A stretch of 57,257 nucleotides of DNA from an uncultured beta proteobacterium (GCA_903847325.1 CAINDJ010000477.1:1-57257); one strand, 5' to 3'. Positions 29,473 through 41,060 are shown, numbered from the stretch's first letter. Numbers and translations: made by a program. The notes: generated by a model not told the origin, from the sequence alone.

Positions 29473-30693
29473 ATGAACACTGCTGCAACCCCGGCCTACG
29501 CGCCAACCCTTGGAACGCCTCTGTCCGGCACGGCACTGCGTGTCATGCTGCTTGGCTCAGGTGAGCTTGGTAAAGAGGTCATTATTTCTTTGCAACGCCT
29601 GGGGGTGGAGGTCATCGCAGTAGACCGTTACGCGGATGCGCCGGGCCATCAGGTTGCCCACCGTAGCCACGTGATTGCCATGACCGATCGCGAGGCTTTG
29701 CGCGCTTTGATTGAACAAGAACGTCCTCATGTCATCGTGCCTGAAATTGAAGCCATTGCGACCGATGTGCTGGTCGAGCTTGAAGCGGCGGGTTCCGTGC
29801 GGGTCACCCCAACCGCCCGTGCCGCGCAGCTCACCATGAATCGTGAGGGAATACGGCGGCTGGCCGCTGAGACGCTCGGCCTGTCGACTTCTCCCTATCG
29901 TTTTGCTGACTCAGTCGAGTCACTAGAGCAGGCCACCCGAGAAATCGGTTTTCCCTGTTTGGTCAAGCCCGTCATGTCTTCCTCGGGAAAAGGGCAGTCC
30001 GTATTGCGCAGTGAGGCCGATGTAACGAACGCCTGGGCGATTGCCAGGCAGGGCGGACGCGTCGGTGCTGATCGCGTGATTGTTGAGGGCTTCATTAACT
30101 TTGAGTACGAAATTACCTTATTGACGGTGCGCGCGCGCGCGGCGGATGGCACGATTGAAACCAAGTTCTGTGAGCCGATCGGTCATTTGCAGGTAGATGG
30201 AGACTATGTCGAGAGCTGGCAGCCCCAGCCGATGACCGTTAATGCCTTGGCGCGCGCGCGACAGATTGCGCTTGAGGTGACGACCAGCCTGGGCGGGCAA
30301 GGGATTTTTGGTGTCGAGTTGTTTGTAGCGGGCGACGAGGTCTGGTTCTCCGAGGTGAGTCCGCGTCCACATGACACAGGACTGGTGACGCTTATCTCAC
30401 AGGTTCAGAATGAATTTGAGTTGCATGCTCGTGCCTTGCTTGGATTGCCGGTTGACACCACGCTGCGTGCTCCCGCGGCAAGCAGTGTGATTTATGGTGG
30501 CGTGGACGCGCGTGGTGTTGTGTTTGAAGGCGTCGCTCAGGCGCTATCCGAACCCGGCACCGATATCCGCTTGTTTGGCAAGCCCGAGTCGTTTAAAAAA
30601 CGCCGTATGGGGGTTGGTCTCGCGACAGCTGAGTCGGTTGAGGCTGCACGTGCAAAAGCCAAGCGCGTATCGTCTGCGGTGCGTGTCAAATGA
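29473..30693 (+). CDS. purT: Formate-dependent GAR transformylase
   Basis: [38 protein letters not shown]...RRMGV. Confidence 0.98.
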   Translation: MNTAATPAYAPTLGTPLSGTALRVMLLGSGELGKEVIISLQRLGVEVIAVDRYADAPGHQVAHRSHVIAMTDREALRALIEQERPHVIVPEIEAIATDVLVELEAAGSVRVTPTARAAQLTMNREGIRRLAAETLGLSTSPYRFADSVESLEQATREIGFPCLVKPVMSSSGKGQSVLRSEADVTNAWAIARQGGRVGADRVIVEGFINFEYEITLLTVRARAADGTIETKFCEPIGHLQVDGDYVESWQPQPMTVNALARARQIALEVTTSLGGQGIFGVELFVAGDEVWFSEVSPRPHDTGLVTLISQVQNEFELHARALLGLPVDTTLRAPAASSVIYGGVDARGVVFEGVAQALSEPGTDIRLFGKPESFKKRRMGVGLATAESVEAARAKAKRVSSAVRVK

Positions 30694-31262
30694 GCAATCT
30701 GCCAGATGTGTCCGCCCCACACCAGTACGCGCTTGAGTCCGTTCGCCGCCTGATTCGCACGGTACCTGACTGGCCAAAGCCAGGCGTGATGTTCCGCGAC
30801 ATTACGCCTCTGCTGCAGGATCCGGTTGCATTCAGGTCGTTAATCGATTTGATGGTTTACCGCCATATGCGCAGGCGTATAGATGCGGTGGTGGGGATCG
30901 ATGCCCGCGGTTTTATTTTGGGTAGTGCGCTTGCTTACGCATTGAATGTTGGTTTTGTACCTGTCCGCAAGAAAGGCAAGCTTCCCTTTAAGACTGTCGG
31001 ACAGTCTTACTCGCTTGAGTATGGGCACGACGAGGTTGAATTACATATTGACGCGGTCAAGCCTGGGCAGCGCGTATTGTTGGTCGATGATCTTGTGGCC
31101 ACCGGGGGCACGATGATCGCTGCGATTAAATTGTTGCAGCAACTTGGAGGCAATGTTGTCGAGGCGCTGTCAATTGTCGACTTGCCAGATCTTGGAGGCT
31201 CAAAACTGATCGCGCAGACAGAGACGCCTTTTTTCAGCCTGTGCCAGTTTGAAGGCGACTGA
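30690..31262 (+). CDS. apt: Adenine phosphoribosyltransferase
   Basis: [39 protein letters not shown]. Confidence 0.97.
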   Translation: MSNLPDVSAPHQYALESVRRLIRTVPDWPKPGVMFRDITPLLQDPVAFRSLIDLMVYRHMRRRIDAVVGIDARGFILGSALAYALNVGFVPVRKKGKLPFKTVGQSYSLEYGHDEVELHIDAVKPGQRVLLVDDLVATGGTMIAAIKLLQQLGGNVVEALSIVDLPDLGGSKLIAQTETPFFSLCQFEGD

Positions 31263-31276
31263 CCCAGGGGTCAGTC
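31257..31276. terminator. Hairpin at the apt stop, between convergent apt and ilvA
   Basis: GACTGACC-CAGG-GGTCAGTC, 8-bp stem with a weak T tail. Confidence 0.45.
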
Positions 31277-31295
31277 TTCGAGCCGGGCGACAGGT

Positions 31296-32804
31296 TTAGA
31301 GGAAAAGCTTGTAAGCCGGATTCTCACTCTCGTTCCAGTGTGGATAACCGACTTCGTCTAAAAACGCTTTAAATGCTTTTTTATTGCCCGCTGGGACCTG
31401 AATGCCAATCAGGATTTGCCCATAATCCGCGCCTTGATTCCGATAGTGAAAGAGGCTGATATTCCAGTCTGGCTTCATGGAATTCAAAAATCGCATCAGT
31501 GCGCCGGGTCGCTCTGGGAACTCAAAGCGATACAGCAACTCATTGTCCGCCATGCTTGAACGGCCTCCCACCATATGACGCAAGTGTGTTTTGGCCATTT
31601 CATCGTGACTGAGGTCCAGCGTGGCAAAACCATTTTTACGGAAGGTCGCGGCGATTTTGTCTGCCTCGGTTGGACTTTGGACTTGCACGCCGACGAAAAC
31701 ATGCGCAAGGCTGGAGTCTGAAATCCGGTAGTTGAACTCCGTCACATTGCGGTTGCCGACGAGTTCACAAAACGCACGAAAGCTGCCGCGTTGTTCGGGC
31801 AGCGTCACGGCAAAAACGGCCTCGCGGGACTCCCCGACCTCGGCGCGCTCAGCAACAAAGCGCAAACGGTCAAAATTCATGTTCGCACCGCAGGCAATCG
31901 ACACCAGCGTTTTGTTTTTAAGTTTGTGATCGAGCGCGTATTGTTTGGCACCGGCCAGTGCCAGCGCGCCTGCGGGCTCCAGTACGCTGCGGGTGTCCTG
32001 AAAAACATCCTTGAGAGCGGCACAAATCGCGTCGGTATCGACCAGCACGTAATCGTCAACATACTCGCGCGCCAGCCTGAACGTTTCGACCCCGACCTGC
32101 TTGACGGCCGTACCGTCTGAAAACAAGCCAACGTCGGCAAGATGTACGCGGCGCCCCGCTTTGATGCTGCGAACCATCGCATCAGAGTCGACGGTTTGAA
32201 CGCCGATGATTTTGATTTCGGGACGCAGCTGTTTGACATACGCCGCGATACCGCTGATGAGGCCGCCACCACCAATTGCTACAAAAATCGCATCAATCGG
32301 ACCAGGATGCTGCCGCAAAATTTCCATGCCGATTGTCCCCTGTCCCGCAATCACGTCGGGATCGTCAAAGGGGTGGACAAAGGTCATGTGGGTTTTTTTC
32401 TCGAGCGTCAGCGCGTGTTCGTAGGCGTCGTTGTAGCTTTCGCCATGCAGGACGACTTGGCCACCCAGCGCGCGCACAGCATCGATTTTGACGCCGGGTG
32501 TGGTGGTTGGCATGACGATGACGGCTTTGCAGCCGAGTCGTTTGGCCGAGAGGGCGACACCTTGGGCGTGGTTGCCTGCGGAGGCGGCAATCACGCCGCG
32601 CGCCAGGGCCGCAGGGGGTAAGTGCGCCATTTTGTTGTAGGCGCCACGCAGCTTGAAACTAAATACCGGCTGTGTGTCCTCGCGCTTAAGCAGCATCCGG
32701 TTGCCCGTGCGCGCTGAAAGCTGGGGGGCGAGTTCAAGAGGGGTTTCGACCGCAACGTCATACACTTTCGAGGTCAGAATACGCTTGAGATAATCTGTGG
32801 ACAT
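31296..32804 (-). CDS. ilvA: Biosynthetic threonine ammonia-lyase
   Basis: KREDTQPVFSFKLRGAYN, SAGNHAQG, GANMNFDRL, two ACT-like regulatory repeats. Confidence 0.98.
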   Translation of the reverse strand: MSTDYLKRILTSKVYDVAVETPLELAPQLSARTGNRMLLKREDTQPVFSFKLRGAYNKMAHLPPAALARGVIAASAGNHAQGVALSAKRLGCKAVIVMPTTTPGVKIDAVRALGGQVVLHGESYNDAYEHALTLEKKTHMTFVHPFDDPDVIAGQGTIGMEILRQHPGPIDAIFVAIGGGGLISGIAAYVKQLRPEIKIIGVQTVDSDAMVRSIKAGRRVHLADVGLFSDGTAVKQVGVETFRLAREYVDDYVLVDTDAICAALKDVFQDTRSVLEPAGALALAGAKQYALDHKLKNKTLVSIACGANMNFDRLRFVAERAEVGESREAVFAVTLPEQRGSFRAFCELVGNRNVTEFNYRISDSSLAHVFVGVQVQSPTEADKIAATFRKNGFATLDLSHDEMAKTHLRHMVGGRSSMADNELLYRFEFPERPGALMRFLNSMKPDWNISLFHYRNQGADYGQILIGIQVPAGNKKAFKAFLDEVGYPHWNESENPAYKLFL

Positions 32805-32956
32805 GATCTTCCTGAGGGGCGGGGCATCGGCTTATGGCCTGATGTGACATTATCCCATGCAGCCATCGCTCTGATGGAAAGCCTGGTTTAAGCAGATTCA
32901 ACTTCATATTTTGCTGACAATTTTTATAGAAAGGAGGGCGTTTTCTGGAACACTTT

Positions 32957-33463
32957 ATGCATTCCTTGCTCGGTTGGCTCGCGTTGCCGGAGGTCGGGCT
33001 GGGTGCCATCTTTTTGATCAGCCTGCTGGCCTCCACCTTGTTGCCGCTTGGCTCAGAGCCGGCTTTGCTCGCCTATGTAGCGCTCACCCCTGCTGCCGTA
33101 TGGCCGGCGATTGGTGTCGCGACGCTTGGTAACACGCTGGGCGGTGTGCTGACTTACTGGATGGGGGTCGGGGCGCATCGTGCGCTCGCCGGCCGAGCCC
33201 TGCGAGATTCGGGTGGGCAATCACCGCCCTGTGTGGGAATTGTCCAGCAGACTGAGCGCTGGCATTTGCGTGCGCAGGCGCTTGCACAGCGCTTTGGCGC
33301 GCCAGTGTTGCTGTTTTCCTGGCTTCCCTTGGTCGGTGATCCGCTTTGCGGTGTGGCGGGCTGGCTGCGACTGCCTTTCGGCCCCTGCCTGATTTACATC
33401 GCCGCAGGGAAATTTGCCCGGTATGTCCTGATTTGCGGGGTGTTCATACATTTTTTTGTCTGA
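32957..33463 (+). CDS. YqaA-like DedA/SNARE-associated membrane protein
   Basis: STLLPLGSE, ATLGNTLG, SWLPLVGDPLC..AGWLR, GKFARY. Confidence 0.9.
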   Translation: MHSLLGWLALPEVGLGAIFLISLLASTLLPLGSEPALLAYVALTPAAVWPAIGVATLGNTLGGVLTYWMGVGAHRALAGRALRDSGGQSPPCVGIVQQTERWHLRAQALAQRFGAPVLLFSWLPLVGDPLCGVAGWLRLPFGPCLIYIAAGKFARYVLICGVFIHFFV

Positions 33464-33572
33464 AACGACTGCCGCCCCTGTTCGTTTCCTGAAAGCGATA
33501 GGGTTATTACTAGGTGAATCTGCTGATGGCTTAAAATGATGAGTCCAGGGCAACCCCTCTCAGATTACGCCT

Positions 33573-36500
33573 ATGAACGCCCCGTTTGCCAGCCATCTTT
33601 TAAACTCCATGCCCCCTGCCGACCCGCAGTCCCGGCTGCGTGAGATCCCTTACAACTACACGTCGTTTTCCGATCGTGAGGTCGTCTGTCGTTTGCTGGG
33701 TGATGATGCCTGGACGTTGTTGTCTGAGTTGCGTGGCGAGCGCCGGACCGGTCGTTCCGCGCGCATGCTCTACGAGGTCCTTGGCGATATTTGGGTCGTG
33801 CGTCGCAATCCCTATCTGCAAGACGATTTGCTGGACAACCCCAAGCGACGCAAGTTGTTGATTGAGGCGCTGCAGCACCGCCTGGGTGAGGTGCACAAGC
33901 GCCGTGTATCCGATGACGTGGAACGCGACGAAAAAGTAGCGAGCCTGCTTGAGCGCGCCTACGCTGCGATTCGTAGTTTTGAGCAAGGCTTTGAGCAGAC
34001 CGCTCGCCTGCGCCGCCAGGTCAATAAAGTACTCGGCAAGCTAACCGCGCATGACAACATCAAATTTGACGGGCTGTCGCGCGTCTCGCACGTAACCGAT
34101 GCCACCGATTGGCGTGTCGAATATCCGTTTGTAGTCCTGACACCTGACACCGAGCAAGAAATCGCTATGCTGGTGCGTGGCTGTATTGAGCTCGGTTTGA
34201 CGATCGTTCCTCGTGGTGGTGGTACGGGCTATACGGGCGGTGCGATTCCTCTGACCTGGAAGTCGGTCGTCATTAATACCGAAAAACTAGATACCCTGAG
34301 CCCTGTTGAGACAGGGCTGCTGCCAGGTGTTGCCAGCCCGGTTTCGACTGTTCGCGCTGGCGCCGGCGTGGTAACCAAACGTGTATCAGAGGCAGCCGAG
34401 CATGCGGGACTGGTGTTCGCGGTGGACCCGACTTCTGCCGAGGCCTCCTGTGTGGGCGGTAACGTCGCCATGAATGCCGGTGGTAAAAAGGCTGTGCTCT
34501 GGGGGACTGCGCTGGATAACCTCGCCTGGTGGCGTATGGTGGATCCCGATGGCAATTGGCTCGATGTCACGCGTTTGGATCACAACATGGGCAAAATCCA
34601 CGACGCGGCCATGGTGCGCTTTGAGTTGCAGTGGTCTGATGGGGCGTTCCCGGCAGGCGAGCGGCCATTGCGTAGCAAAATGATCGAAATCGCCGGGTCA
34701 CATTTCCGTAAGGTCGGTCTGGGCAAGGATGTAACGGACAAGTTCCTGGCGGGTTTGCCAGGCGTACAGAAAGAAGGCTGTGATGGCCTGATCACCGCGG
34801 CGCGTTGGGTCCTGCACCGCATGCCCACGCATACGCGCACCGTTTGTCTGGAGTTCTTTGGGCAGGCGCGCGAGGCAATTCCTTCGATTGTTGAGATCAT
34901 CAACTATCTGGATACAGCGGGCCGCGCCCGTGGTGCTTTGCTGGCCGGGCTTGAACACCTCGATGAGCGCTATTTGCGGGCCGTGGGGTACTCCACCAAA
35001 AGCAAGCGTGGCGTGTTGCCTAAGATGGTTTTGATTGGCGATATTGTTGGGGATGATGACGCTGCAGTGGCTGCGGCGACCAGCGAGGTCGTGCGACTGT
35101 CTAATACCCGTCATGGCGAGGGGTTTATTGCAGTCAGTGCTGAGGCACGTAAAAAATTCTGGCTTGACCGCTCACGCACTGCGGCCATCGCGCGTCACAC
35201 CAATGCCTTCAAAATTAACGAAGACGTTGTGATCCCGCTCGGTCGTATGGGTGAGTACACCGATGAGATCGAACGGATCAATATCGAGCTGTCTACACGC
35301 AACAAACTCAAGCTGCTCGATGCATTGCAGGCGATGCTGGCTGGATCGGGGACGCTCACGATCGCCAAGCTTGATCGCTCCACCGAAGAGGGCGTCTCCA
35401 TCGAAGAAGCCCTCGACGAAAAACGCCGTCAGGCAATTGCCGTCATCGAGCAGGTGCGTGTGCGCTGGCAGTGGGTGCTCGACCAACTCGATTTACCTTT
35501 AGCGCAAGCCATGCCCGCTTTGGCTGGCTTGGGACTTGACGCGCTCACCCCGGACCTGACTGCACGCCTGCTTGCGCAACCCGAGGCGAGGTTGTTTGAC
35601 GTTGTGCAGGATCGCACATTGCGTATTTCGTGGAGAGCGGAAGTCAAAGCCGAATTGATCGGACTGTTTGGCGGCACGGATTTTGCTCCAGTATTGACGG
35701 AGTTGCAGGCGATCCATGACCGCGTGCTGAAAAGCCGGGTGTTCGTCGCGCTGCATATGCATGCGGGCGATGGCAACGTACACACCAATATCCCGGTTAA
35801 TTCAGACGATTACGAAATGCTGCAGGAGGCCAATCAGGCCGTTGAGCGCATCATGCAAATCGCGCGTGATCTGGATGGCGTGATTTCTGGTGAGCACGGA
35901 ATCGGGTTGACCAAATACGAATTTATGACCGAGGCCGAGCTGGCACCGTTTCAACAGTACAAACGTGAAATCGATCCGAATGATCATTTCAATGCTGGCA
36001 AGCTCATGCCTGGCGCCGACTTGCGTCATGCCTGGACACCGAGCTTTGGCTTGATGGGGCACGAGTCCATCATCATGCAGCAAAGCGATATTGGCGCGAT
36101 CAGTAATTCAATCAAAGATTGCCTGCGCTGCGGTAAATGCAAGCCTGTGTGCGCGACGCATGTGCCGCGCGCCAATCTGCTTTATTCCCCGCGCAACAAA
36201 ATTCTCGCGACTTCGTTGCTGATCGAGGCCTTTCTCTATGAGGAACAGACGCGTCGCGGCATCAGTCTCAAGCACTGGGAAGAATTCGAAGACGTGGCCG
36301 ACCATTGCACGGTTTGTCACAAATGCTATAACCCCTGTCCGGTTGATATCGATTTTGGCGATGTCTCGATGAATATGCGTGCTTTGCTGCGTCGTATGGG
36401 ACATAAGTCTTTCAATCCAGGCACAGCCGCGGCAATGTTTTTCTTGAATGCCAAAGACCCTGCGACGATTAACGCAACCCGCAAGGCCATGATTGGTGTC

Positions 36501-37517
36501 GGGTATAAATTGCAGCGCGTGGCCCATGACTTTTTGTCCAAGTTCGCGCGCAAGCAAACCGAAGCGCCACCCGCAACCGTGGGTAAGCCACCTTTGCGTG
36601 AGCAGGTCATCCACTTCATCAATAAAAAAATGCCTGGGGGATTGCCCAAGCAGACCGCGCGCAAGTTGCTAGATATCGAGGACGCGGACTACGTTCCGAT
36701 CATTCGTAATCCGCAAACATCGGCCGAGACCGAAGCCGTGTTTTATTTCCCAGGCTGTGGTTCTGAGCGCTTATTCTCGCAGGTGGGTCTGGCTACGCAG
36801 GCGATGCTCTGGCATGCCGGTGTGCAGACTGTCTTGCCTCCTGGTGCCTTGTGCTGTGGTTATCCGCAGCGCGCCAACGGCATGACCGAGAAAGCCGAAC
36901 AAACTATTACGGACAACCGGGTGTTGTTCCACCGCGTGGCTAATACCCTTAACTATCTTGACATTAAGACGGTGGTGGTCAGTTGCGGCACCTGTTATGA
37001 CCAGCTAGCCGGATATGAGTTTGAAAAGATATTCCCTGGATGCCGTCTGATCGATATTCACGAGTATCTACTCGAAAAAGGCATTGCGCTGGAGGGTGTG
37101 GGAGGCGTGCGCTACATGTATCACGATCCCTGTCATACCCCCATGAAGCTGCAGGACCCGATGAAAACAGTGCGTGCGCTGGTGGGTGATGCGACGATCA
37201 AGACCGATCGTTGTTGCGGCGAGTCCGGCACCCTGGCCGTGACGCGACCTGATATTTCGACGCAGATTCGTTTCCGCAAAGAAGAAGAGCTCGACAAAAA
37301 CAATGCCGCACTCAGGTCCGATGGATATACTGGTGAAGTCAAAATGCTGACATCTTGCCCGTCCTGTTTACAGGGCTTGTCCCGTTTCGAGGGCGACATT
37401 GGCGCGAAAGCAGATTACATCGTGGTTGAGATGGCACGTCACATTCTTGGTGAAAACTGGCTTGAAGAATACGTGGCTAAAGCCAATAGTGGTGGAATTG
37501 AGCGCGTGCTTGTTTAA
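33573..37517 (+). CDS. Large FAD-linked oxidoreductase with 4Fe-4S and CCG domains (DUF3683-type, GlcD+GlcF-like fusion)
   Basis: [13 protein letters not shown]-terminus, [46 protein letters not shown] and [15 protein letters not shown] motifs, SCPSC. Confidence 0.9.
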   Translation: MNAPFASHLLNSMPPADPQSRLREIPYNYTSFSDREVVCRLLGDDAWTLLSELRGERRTGRSARMLYEVLGDIWVVRRNPYLQDDLLDNPKRRKLLIEALQHRLGEVHKRRVSDDVERDEKVASLLERAYAAIRSFEQGFEQTARLRRQVNKVLGKLTAHDNIKFDGLSRVSHVTDATDWRVEYPFVVLTPDTEQEIAMLVRGCIELGLTIVPRGGGTGYTGGAIPLTWKSVVINTEKLDTLSPVETGLLPGVASPVSTVRAGAGVVTKRVSEAAEHAGLVFAVDPTSAEASCVGGNVAMNAGGKKAVLWGTALDNLAWWRMVDPDGNWLDVTRLDHNMGKIHDAAMVRFELQWSDGAFPAGERPLRSKMIEIAGSHFRKVGLGKDVTDKFLAGLPGVQKEGCDGLITAARWVLHRMPTHTRTVCLEFFGQAREAIPSIVEIINYLDTAGRARGALLAGLEHLDERYLRAVGYSTKSKRGVLPKMVLIGDIVGDDDAAVAAATSEVVRLSNTRHGEGFIAVSAEARKKFWLDRSRTAAIARHTNAFKINEDVVIPLGRMGEYTDEIERINIELSTRNKLKLLDALQAMLAGSGTLTIAKLDRSTEEGVSIEEALDEKRRQAIAVIEQVRVRWQWVLDQLDLPLAQAMPALAGLGLDALTPDLTARLLAQPEARLFDVVQDRTLRISWRAEVKAELIGLFGGTDFAPVLTELQAIHDRVLKSRVFVALHMHAGDGNVHTNIPVNSDDYEMLQEANQAVERIMQIARDLDGVISGEHGIGLTKYEFMTEAELAPFQQYKREIDPNDHFNAGKLMPGADLRHAWTPSFGLMGHESIIMQQSDIGAISNSIKDCLRCGKCKPVCATHVPRANLLYSPRNKILATSLLIEAFLYEEQTRRGISLKHWEEFEDVADHCTVCHKCYNPCPVDIDFGDVSMNMRALLRRMGHKSFNPGTAAAMFFLNAKDPATINATRKAMIGVGYKLQRVAHDFLSKFARKQTEAPPATVGKPPLREQVIHFINKKMPGGLPKQTARKLLDIEDADYVPIIRNPQTSAETEAVFYFPGCGSERLFSQVGLATQAMLWHAGVQTVLPPGALCCGYPQRANGMTEKAEQTITDNRVLFHRVANTLNYLDIKTVVVSCGTCYDQLAGYEFEKIFPGCRLIDIHEYLLEKGIALEGVGGVRYMYHDPCHTPMKLQDPMKTVRALVGDATIKTDRCCGESGTLAVTRPDISTQIRFRKEEELDKNNAALRSDGYTGEVKMLTSCPSCLQGLSRFEGDIGAKADYIVVEMARHILGENWLEEYVAKANSGGIERVLV

Positions 37518-37520
37518 AGC

Positions 37521-37550
37521 GACTGAATTAAACACGTGTTTAATTCAGTC
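37521..37550. repeat. 30-bp perfect palindrome GACTGAATTAAACACGTGTTTAATTCAGTC
   Basis: Read directly from the sequence. Lies 3 nt after the oxidoreductase stop and 20 nt before the next ATG. Confidence 0.9.
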
Positions 37551-37570
37551 ATCTAAAGAGTGGTTTTTCG

Positions 37571-38503
37571 ATGCAATACATTCCTGAATCGCAATCGTCC
37601 TCGGTGGTCACGCATGAAATGGCGTTTGAGGCGATTCGCGAAGCGCTGATCGCAGCATGCGCCGAATCAAGCAAGATTTTCCCTGCGCTGATTGCGCATG
37701 GCTCTGATGTGAACAATCGGTTTTCGGTTAAATCCGGTGCAACCGATACGCTGGCCGGGCTTAAGATGGGATTCATCTGGCCGGGCAATGCACTAAAGGG
37801 CAAGCCCACCCACAACTCTGTGACCGTTCTGTTTAATCAGGAGTCTGGTGGTGTGCATGCTGTGATCGAGTCGGGGGTCGTCAATGCCTACCGCACGGCC
37901 GCTGCCGATGCTGTAGCGACCGATGCACTCGCACGCAAGGATGCAAGAGTACTGACAGTTTTTGGTGCGGGTAATCAGGCGGGCTACGAGTGTCTGGCAC
38001 TAGCAAAGATCCGTCCGATTGAACGCGTGCTGGTGGTTAACCGGGATCCTGGCCGGGTTGAAAAATTTAAATCTCGTCTTGCGTCGCTGGGTGTGCCTGT
38101 CGAGATGGTCGAGGCCTGCGAAGGTTGCGCACGTGCAGACATCATTGTGACCGCAACGCCTTCCAGGTCTGCATTGTTTGATGCGGCATGGGTTCGCCCC
38201 GGAACGCATATCTCTTGTATGGGCGCCGATGGTGCGGGTAAGCAGGAACTGGATCCCGCACTGCTTGAGCGTGCCGAGCTTTTCTGTGACTTGCCCGCGC
38301 AATCAGTCGCGATCGGTGAGTTTCAACATGTGGCGCCTCAAATCGCTTCAGGCGCTGTGGCATTGACTGCGATTGGCCGTGTGTTGATGGGCCAGGCGCA
38401 AGGACGCTCCAGTGAGCAGGCGATTACGGTGTTTGATAGTTCTGGTATTTCGTTGCAAGACCTGCATATCGCACAGCGAATTTTGCAGGCCTGCGGTCAC
38501 TAA
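37571..38503 (+). CDS. Ornithine cyclodeaminase/mu-crystallin family protein (imine reductase-like)
   Basis: RTAAADAVA, FGAGNQA, ADIIVTAT, MGAD..GKQEL, VFDSSGISLQDL. Confidence 0.9.
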   Translation: MQYIPESQSSSVVTHEMAFEAIREALIAACAESSKIFPALIAHGSDVNNRFSVKSGATDTLAGLKMGFIWPGNALKGKPTHNSVTVLFNQESGGVHAVIESGVVNAYRTAAADAVATDALARKDARVLTVFGAGNQAGYECLALAKIRPIERVLVVNRDPGRVEKFKSRLASLGVPVEMVEACEGCARADIIVTATPSRSALFDAAWVRPGTHISCMGADGAGKQELDPALLERAELFCDLPAQSVAIGEFQHVAPQIASGAVALTAIGRVLMGQAQGRSSEQAITVFDSSGISLQDLHIAQRILQACGH

Positions 38504-38518
38504 AGGTTAATGGTTGGC

Positions 38519-39274
38519 TTAGACGCCAACCTCAATACCCTCAGCAATGAGTGCCTCGCGGATCGCTTTTGCAAAAGCTGCCGCACCCGGCTGATCGCCA
38601 TGAATACACAATGTATCGGCACGTACGTGGACAGTCGAGCCATCTACCGCTGTGATGGTGCCCTTCTGGACCATTTGCAAGACCTGTTTGATCGAAACGT
38701 TGACGTCTTCGATCATCGCGCCAGGTTTGTTGCGTGGACTGAGCGTGCCGTCTGGTGAATACGTGCGATCGCCAAAGACTTCGCTGGCTACTTTCAGGCC
38801 CATGGATTCAGCGATATCCAGCATTTTGGTGCCTGCGAGGCAAAAAAATACCAGGTCACTATCAACGTCGTAGGTTGCTTGCGCTAAAGCACGCGTCAGC
38901 CCTTCGTTATTCACGGCCATGTTGTAGAGCTGGCCGTGGGCTTTTACATGACGCAATCGAGTCCCTTGCGACGCAGCGACGCCAGCCAGCGCACCAATCT
39001 GCACGACCATCATGTCGTAGGCTTCCTGATCGGTGATGGCCATATTGCGACGACCAAAACCTTGCAGGTCTGGCAGGCCTGGATGTGCGCCAAGCGCGAC
39101 GCCATGTTTAATCGCCGCCGCAACTGTTTTTCGCATAGTTGCAGGGTCTCCCCCGTGAAAGCCGCAGGCGATATTAGCTGAGGATACGAAGGGCAGTATG
39201 GACTCGTCATTACCCATTTTCCAGACACCAAAACTTTCGCCCATGTCGGAATTCAAATCGATACGTAGTGTCAT
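38519..39274 (-). CDS. pxpA: 5-oxoprolinase subunit A (LamB/YcsF)
   Basis: IDLNSDMGESFG, SANIACGFHGGDP, HVKAHGQLYN, TLCIHGD. Confidence 0.93.
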   Translation of the reverse strand: MTLRIDLNSDMGESFGVWKMGNDESILPFVSSANIACGFHGGDPATMRKTVAAAIKHGVALGAHPGLPDLQGFGRRNMAITDQEAYDMMVVQIGALAGVAASQGTRLRHVKAHGQLYNMAVNNEGLTRALAQATYDVDSDLVFFCLAGTKMLDIAESMGLKVASEVFGDRTYSPDGTLSPRNKPGAMIEDVNVSIKQVLQMVQKGTITAVDGSTVHVRADTLCIHGDQPGAAAFAKAIREALIAEGIEVGV

Positions 39275-39312
39275 GATGACCTCTGAGGTTCAGTGGAAAT
39301 TCAGTAGAGATA

Positions 39313-40311
39313 TTAAGCGTAGTGATGAAGTATGTGCGCACGCACGGGGGCAAGCTTGGTTGCCAGTGCCGCGAATGCTTTTGTGCGCTGGGCGTCGAGC
39401 GCTTGCGCTTGTTCGAGCGTGATAATTTCAAAATTAAACGTGTCGCCCGGGCCCATTTGTGCGAGCGTTGGTAAATCCACGCTCGCAACATAGCCAATTT
39501 TTGGATAGCCTCCGGTCGTCTGCCGGTCGGCCATCAACACGATGGGCTGCCCGCCAGCCGGCACCTGGATCGTACCGAAGGTCGCTGCTTCTGACAGCAT
39601 CTGGCGGGGCTTGCTGAGTTTGATTTCCGGGCCCTGCAAGCGATAACCCATGCGCTCGGAGTCGGGGCTGATCCGGAATGTTTCGCTTGTCAGCGCATGC
39701 TGGCTTGCCGGTGTGAAATCAATGAATTGCTCACTGGTCACCATCCGTGCGCGCGCACGCAGGCTGGGTCCGAGCGCTGCAGGCAGATAGATTTTTATCG
39801 ACCACAGTTCTTGTGCAAGCCCTTGAAGATCCTGGGAGGCTAAGGGGTGATTGAATCCTATCCTGTCACCACGCTTGAGCGCGCGCCCTTGCCATCCGCC
39901 AATTGCGCAACGCATATGCGTACTATTTGAGCCAAGCGCCTGCGTAAGCTTAAAGCCACCATGAATAGCCATATAAGCACGCGTGCCCATGCGACGCTGA
40001 CCAAAAACAAGCGTGTCGTGCGCACGAATCACGATGGGTCTGTTCAGCGCTAACGGCTGGCCATTGAGAGTCGGGCTCAGGTCGGCGCCGGTCAGCGCGA
40101 TGCAACACGGTTCAGTGAATTCGAGCGAGGGTCCGGTCAGTGTGATTTCCAGACTTGCCTGGTCGGTGTCGTTACCAACCAGGAGATTAGCGAGCTGATG
40201 CGCACGGGTATCCATCACGCCCGTAACCGGCACGCCAAGCTGCTGATAGCCCACGCGACCAAGATCCTGAAAGCTTGATTGCATCCCGGGTTTGAGCACG
40301 ATCATGCTCAT
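39313..40311 (-). CDS. pxpC: 5-oxoprolinase subunit C
   Basis: QDLGR.GYQ..GVP..G.MD, SERMGYRL, GTIQVP..GQPIVLMADRQTTGGYPKIG. ATGA overlap with the pxpB stop. Confidence 0.9.
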   Translation of the reverse strand: MSMIVLKPGMQSSFQDLGRVGYQQLGVPVTGVMDTRAHQLANLLVGNDTDQASLEITLTGPSLEFTEPCCIALTGADLSPTLNGQPLALNRPIVIRAHDTLVFGQRRMGTRAYMAIHGGFKLTQALGSNSTHMRCAIGGWQGRALKRGDRIGFNHPLASQDLQGLAQELWSIKIYLPAALGPSLRARARMVTSEQFIDFTPASQHALTSETFRISPDSERMGYRLQGPEIKLSKPRQMLSEAATFGTIQVPAGGQPIVLMADRQTTGGYPKIGYVASVDLPTLAQMGPGDTFNFEIITLEQAQALDAQRTKAFAALATKLAPVRAHILHHYA

Positions 40312-41057
40312 GCTGGTGTTTCCTGGGGCTGCATGGCTGCGATCCGGTCGAATTCTGCAACTGAAATAGGCACGAACTTGACGCGGTCGCCCGGCATCAG
40401 AAGAGTAGGTGGCGTGCGATCCAACCCGAATAATTTCAGGGGCGTGGCGCCTAGCACATGCCAACCCCCAGGTAGTCTATTGGGATAGATGGTTGATTGT
40501 CTGTTGGCGATCGCAACCGAACCTGCAGGTACGGCGGTTCTGGGGACGTCGCGTCTGGGCAGGGCAAATATTGGATCGTGCACGCCGATGTAAGGCGCAC
40601 CAGGCGCAAAGCCTAGCATGAACACCATGCTGCCAGGTTTCGTGTGTATCGCAATCACCTGTTCTTCGGTCAGGCCTGTGGTTTGAGCAACAAAGGCGAG
40701 ATCCGGGCCGTGTTCACCACCATAACAAACAGGAATCTCCACCTCGCGGACATCGGTGCTGATGGACGGTATTCCTGATTGAATCAGTGTGGTGATTGCT
40801 CTGGACAGGGAGTGAAAGTTTGTCTCATCACTGTGCGCGTCAGGCTGATAATGCAAAGCGACAGAGGTATAAGAAGGAACAATATCCGTCACGCCGGGAA
40901 GGTTTGCTTGTCGCAACGCCTCGGTAGCGCAGAGACAAAGCAGGCCCGTCTGAACGTCGATTTCAGAGCCAAAATCGATGCTCAGGCAGCGGTCTCCCTG
41001 CGCACGGATTTTAAAATCCGGCACATTGGCTGGAGCCTGCTTGCTGACAGTGGACAC
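40308..41057 (-). CDS. pxpB: 5-oxoprolinase subunit B
   Basis: DIVPSYTS, EIPVCYGGEHGPDL, GFAPG..Y, PGGWHVLG.TP. Confidence 0.9.
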   Translation of the reverse strand: MSTVSKQAPANVPDFKIRAQGDRCLSIDFGSEIDVQTGLLCLCATEALRQANLPGVTDIVPSYTSVALHYQPDAHSDETNFHSLSRAITTLIQSGIPSISTDVREVEIPVCYGGEHGPDLAFVAQTTGLTEEQVIAIHTKPGSMVFMLGFAPGAPYIGVHDPIFALPRRDVPRTAVPAGSVAIANRQSTIYPNRLPGGWHVLGATPLKLFGLDRTPPTLLMPGDRVKFVPISVAEFDRIAAMQPQETPA

Positions 41058-41060
41058 GGC

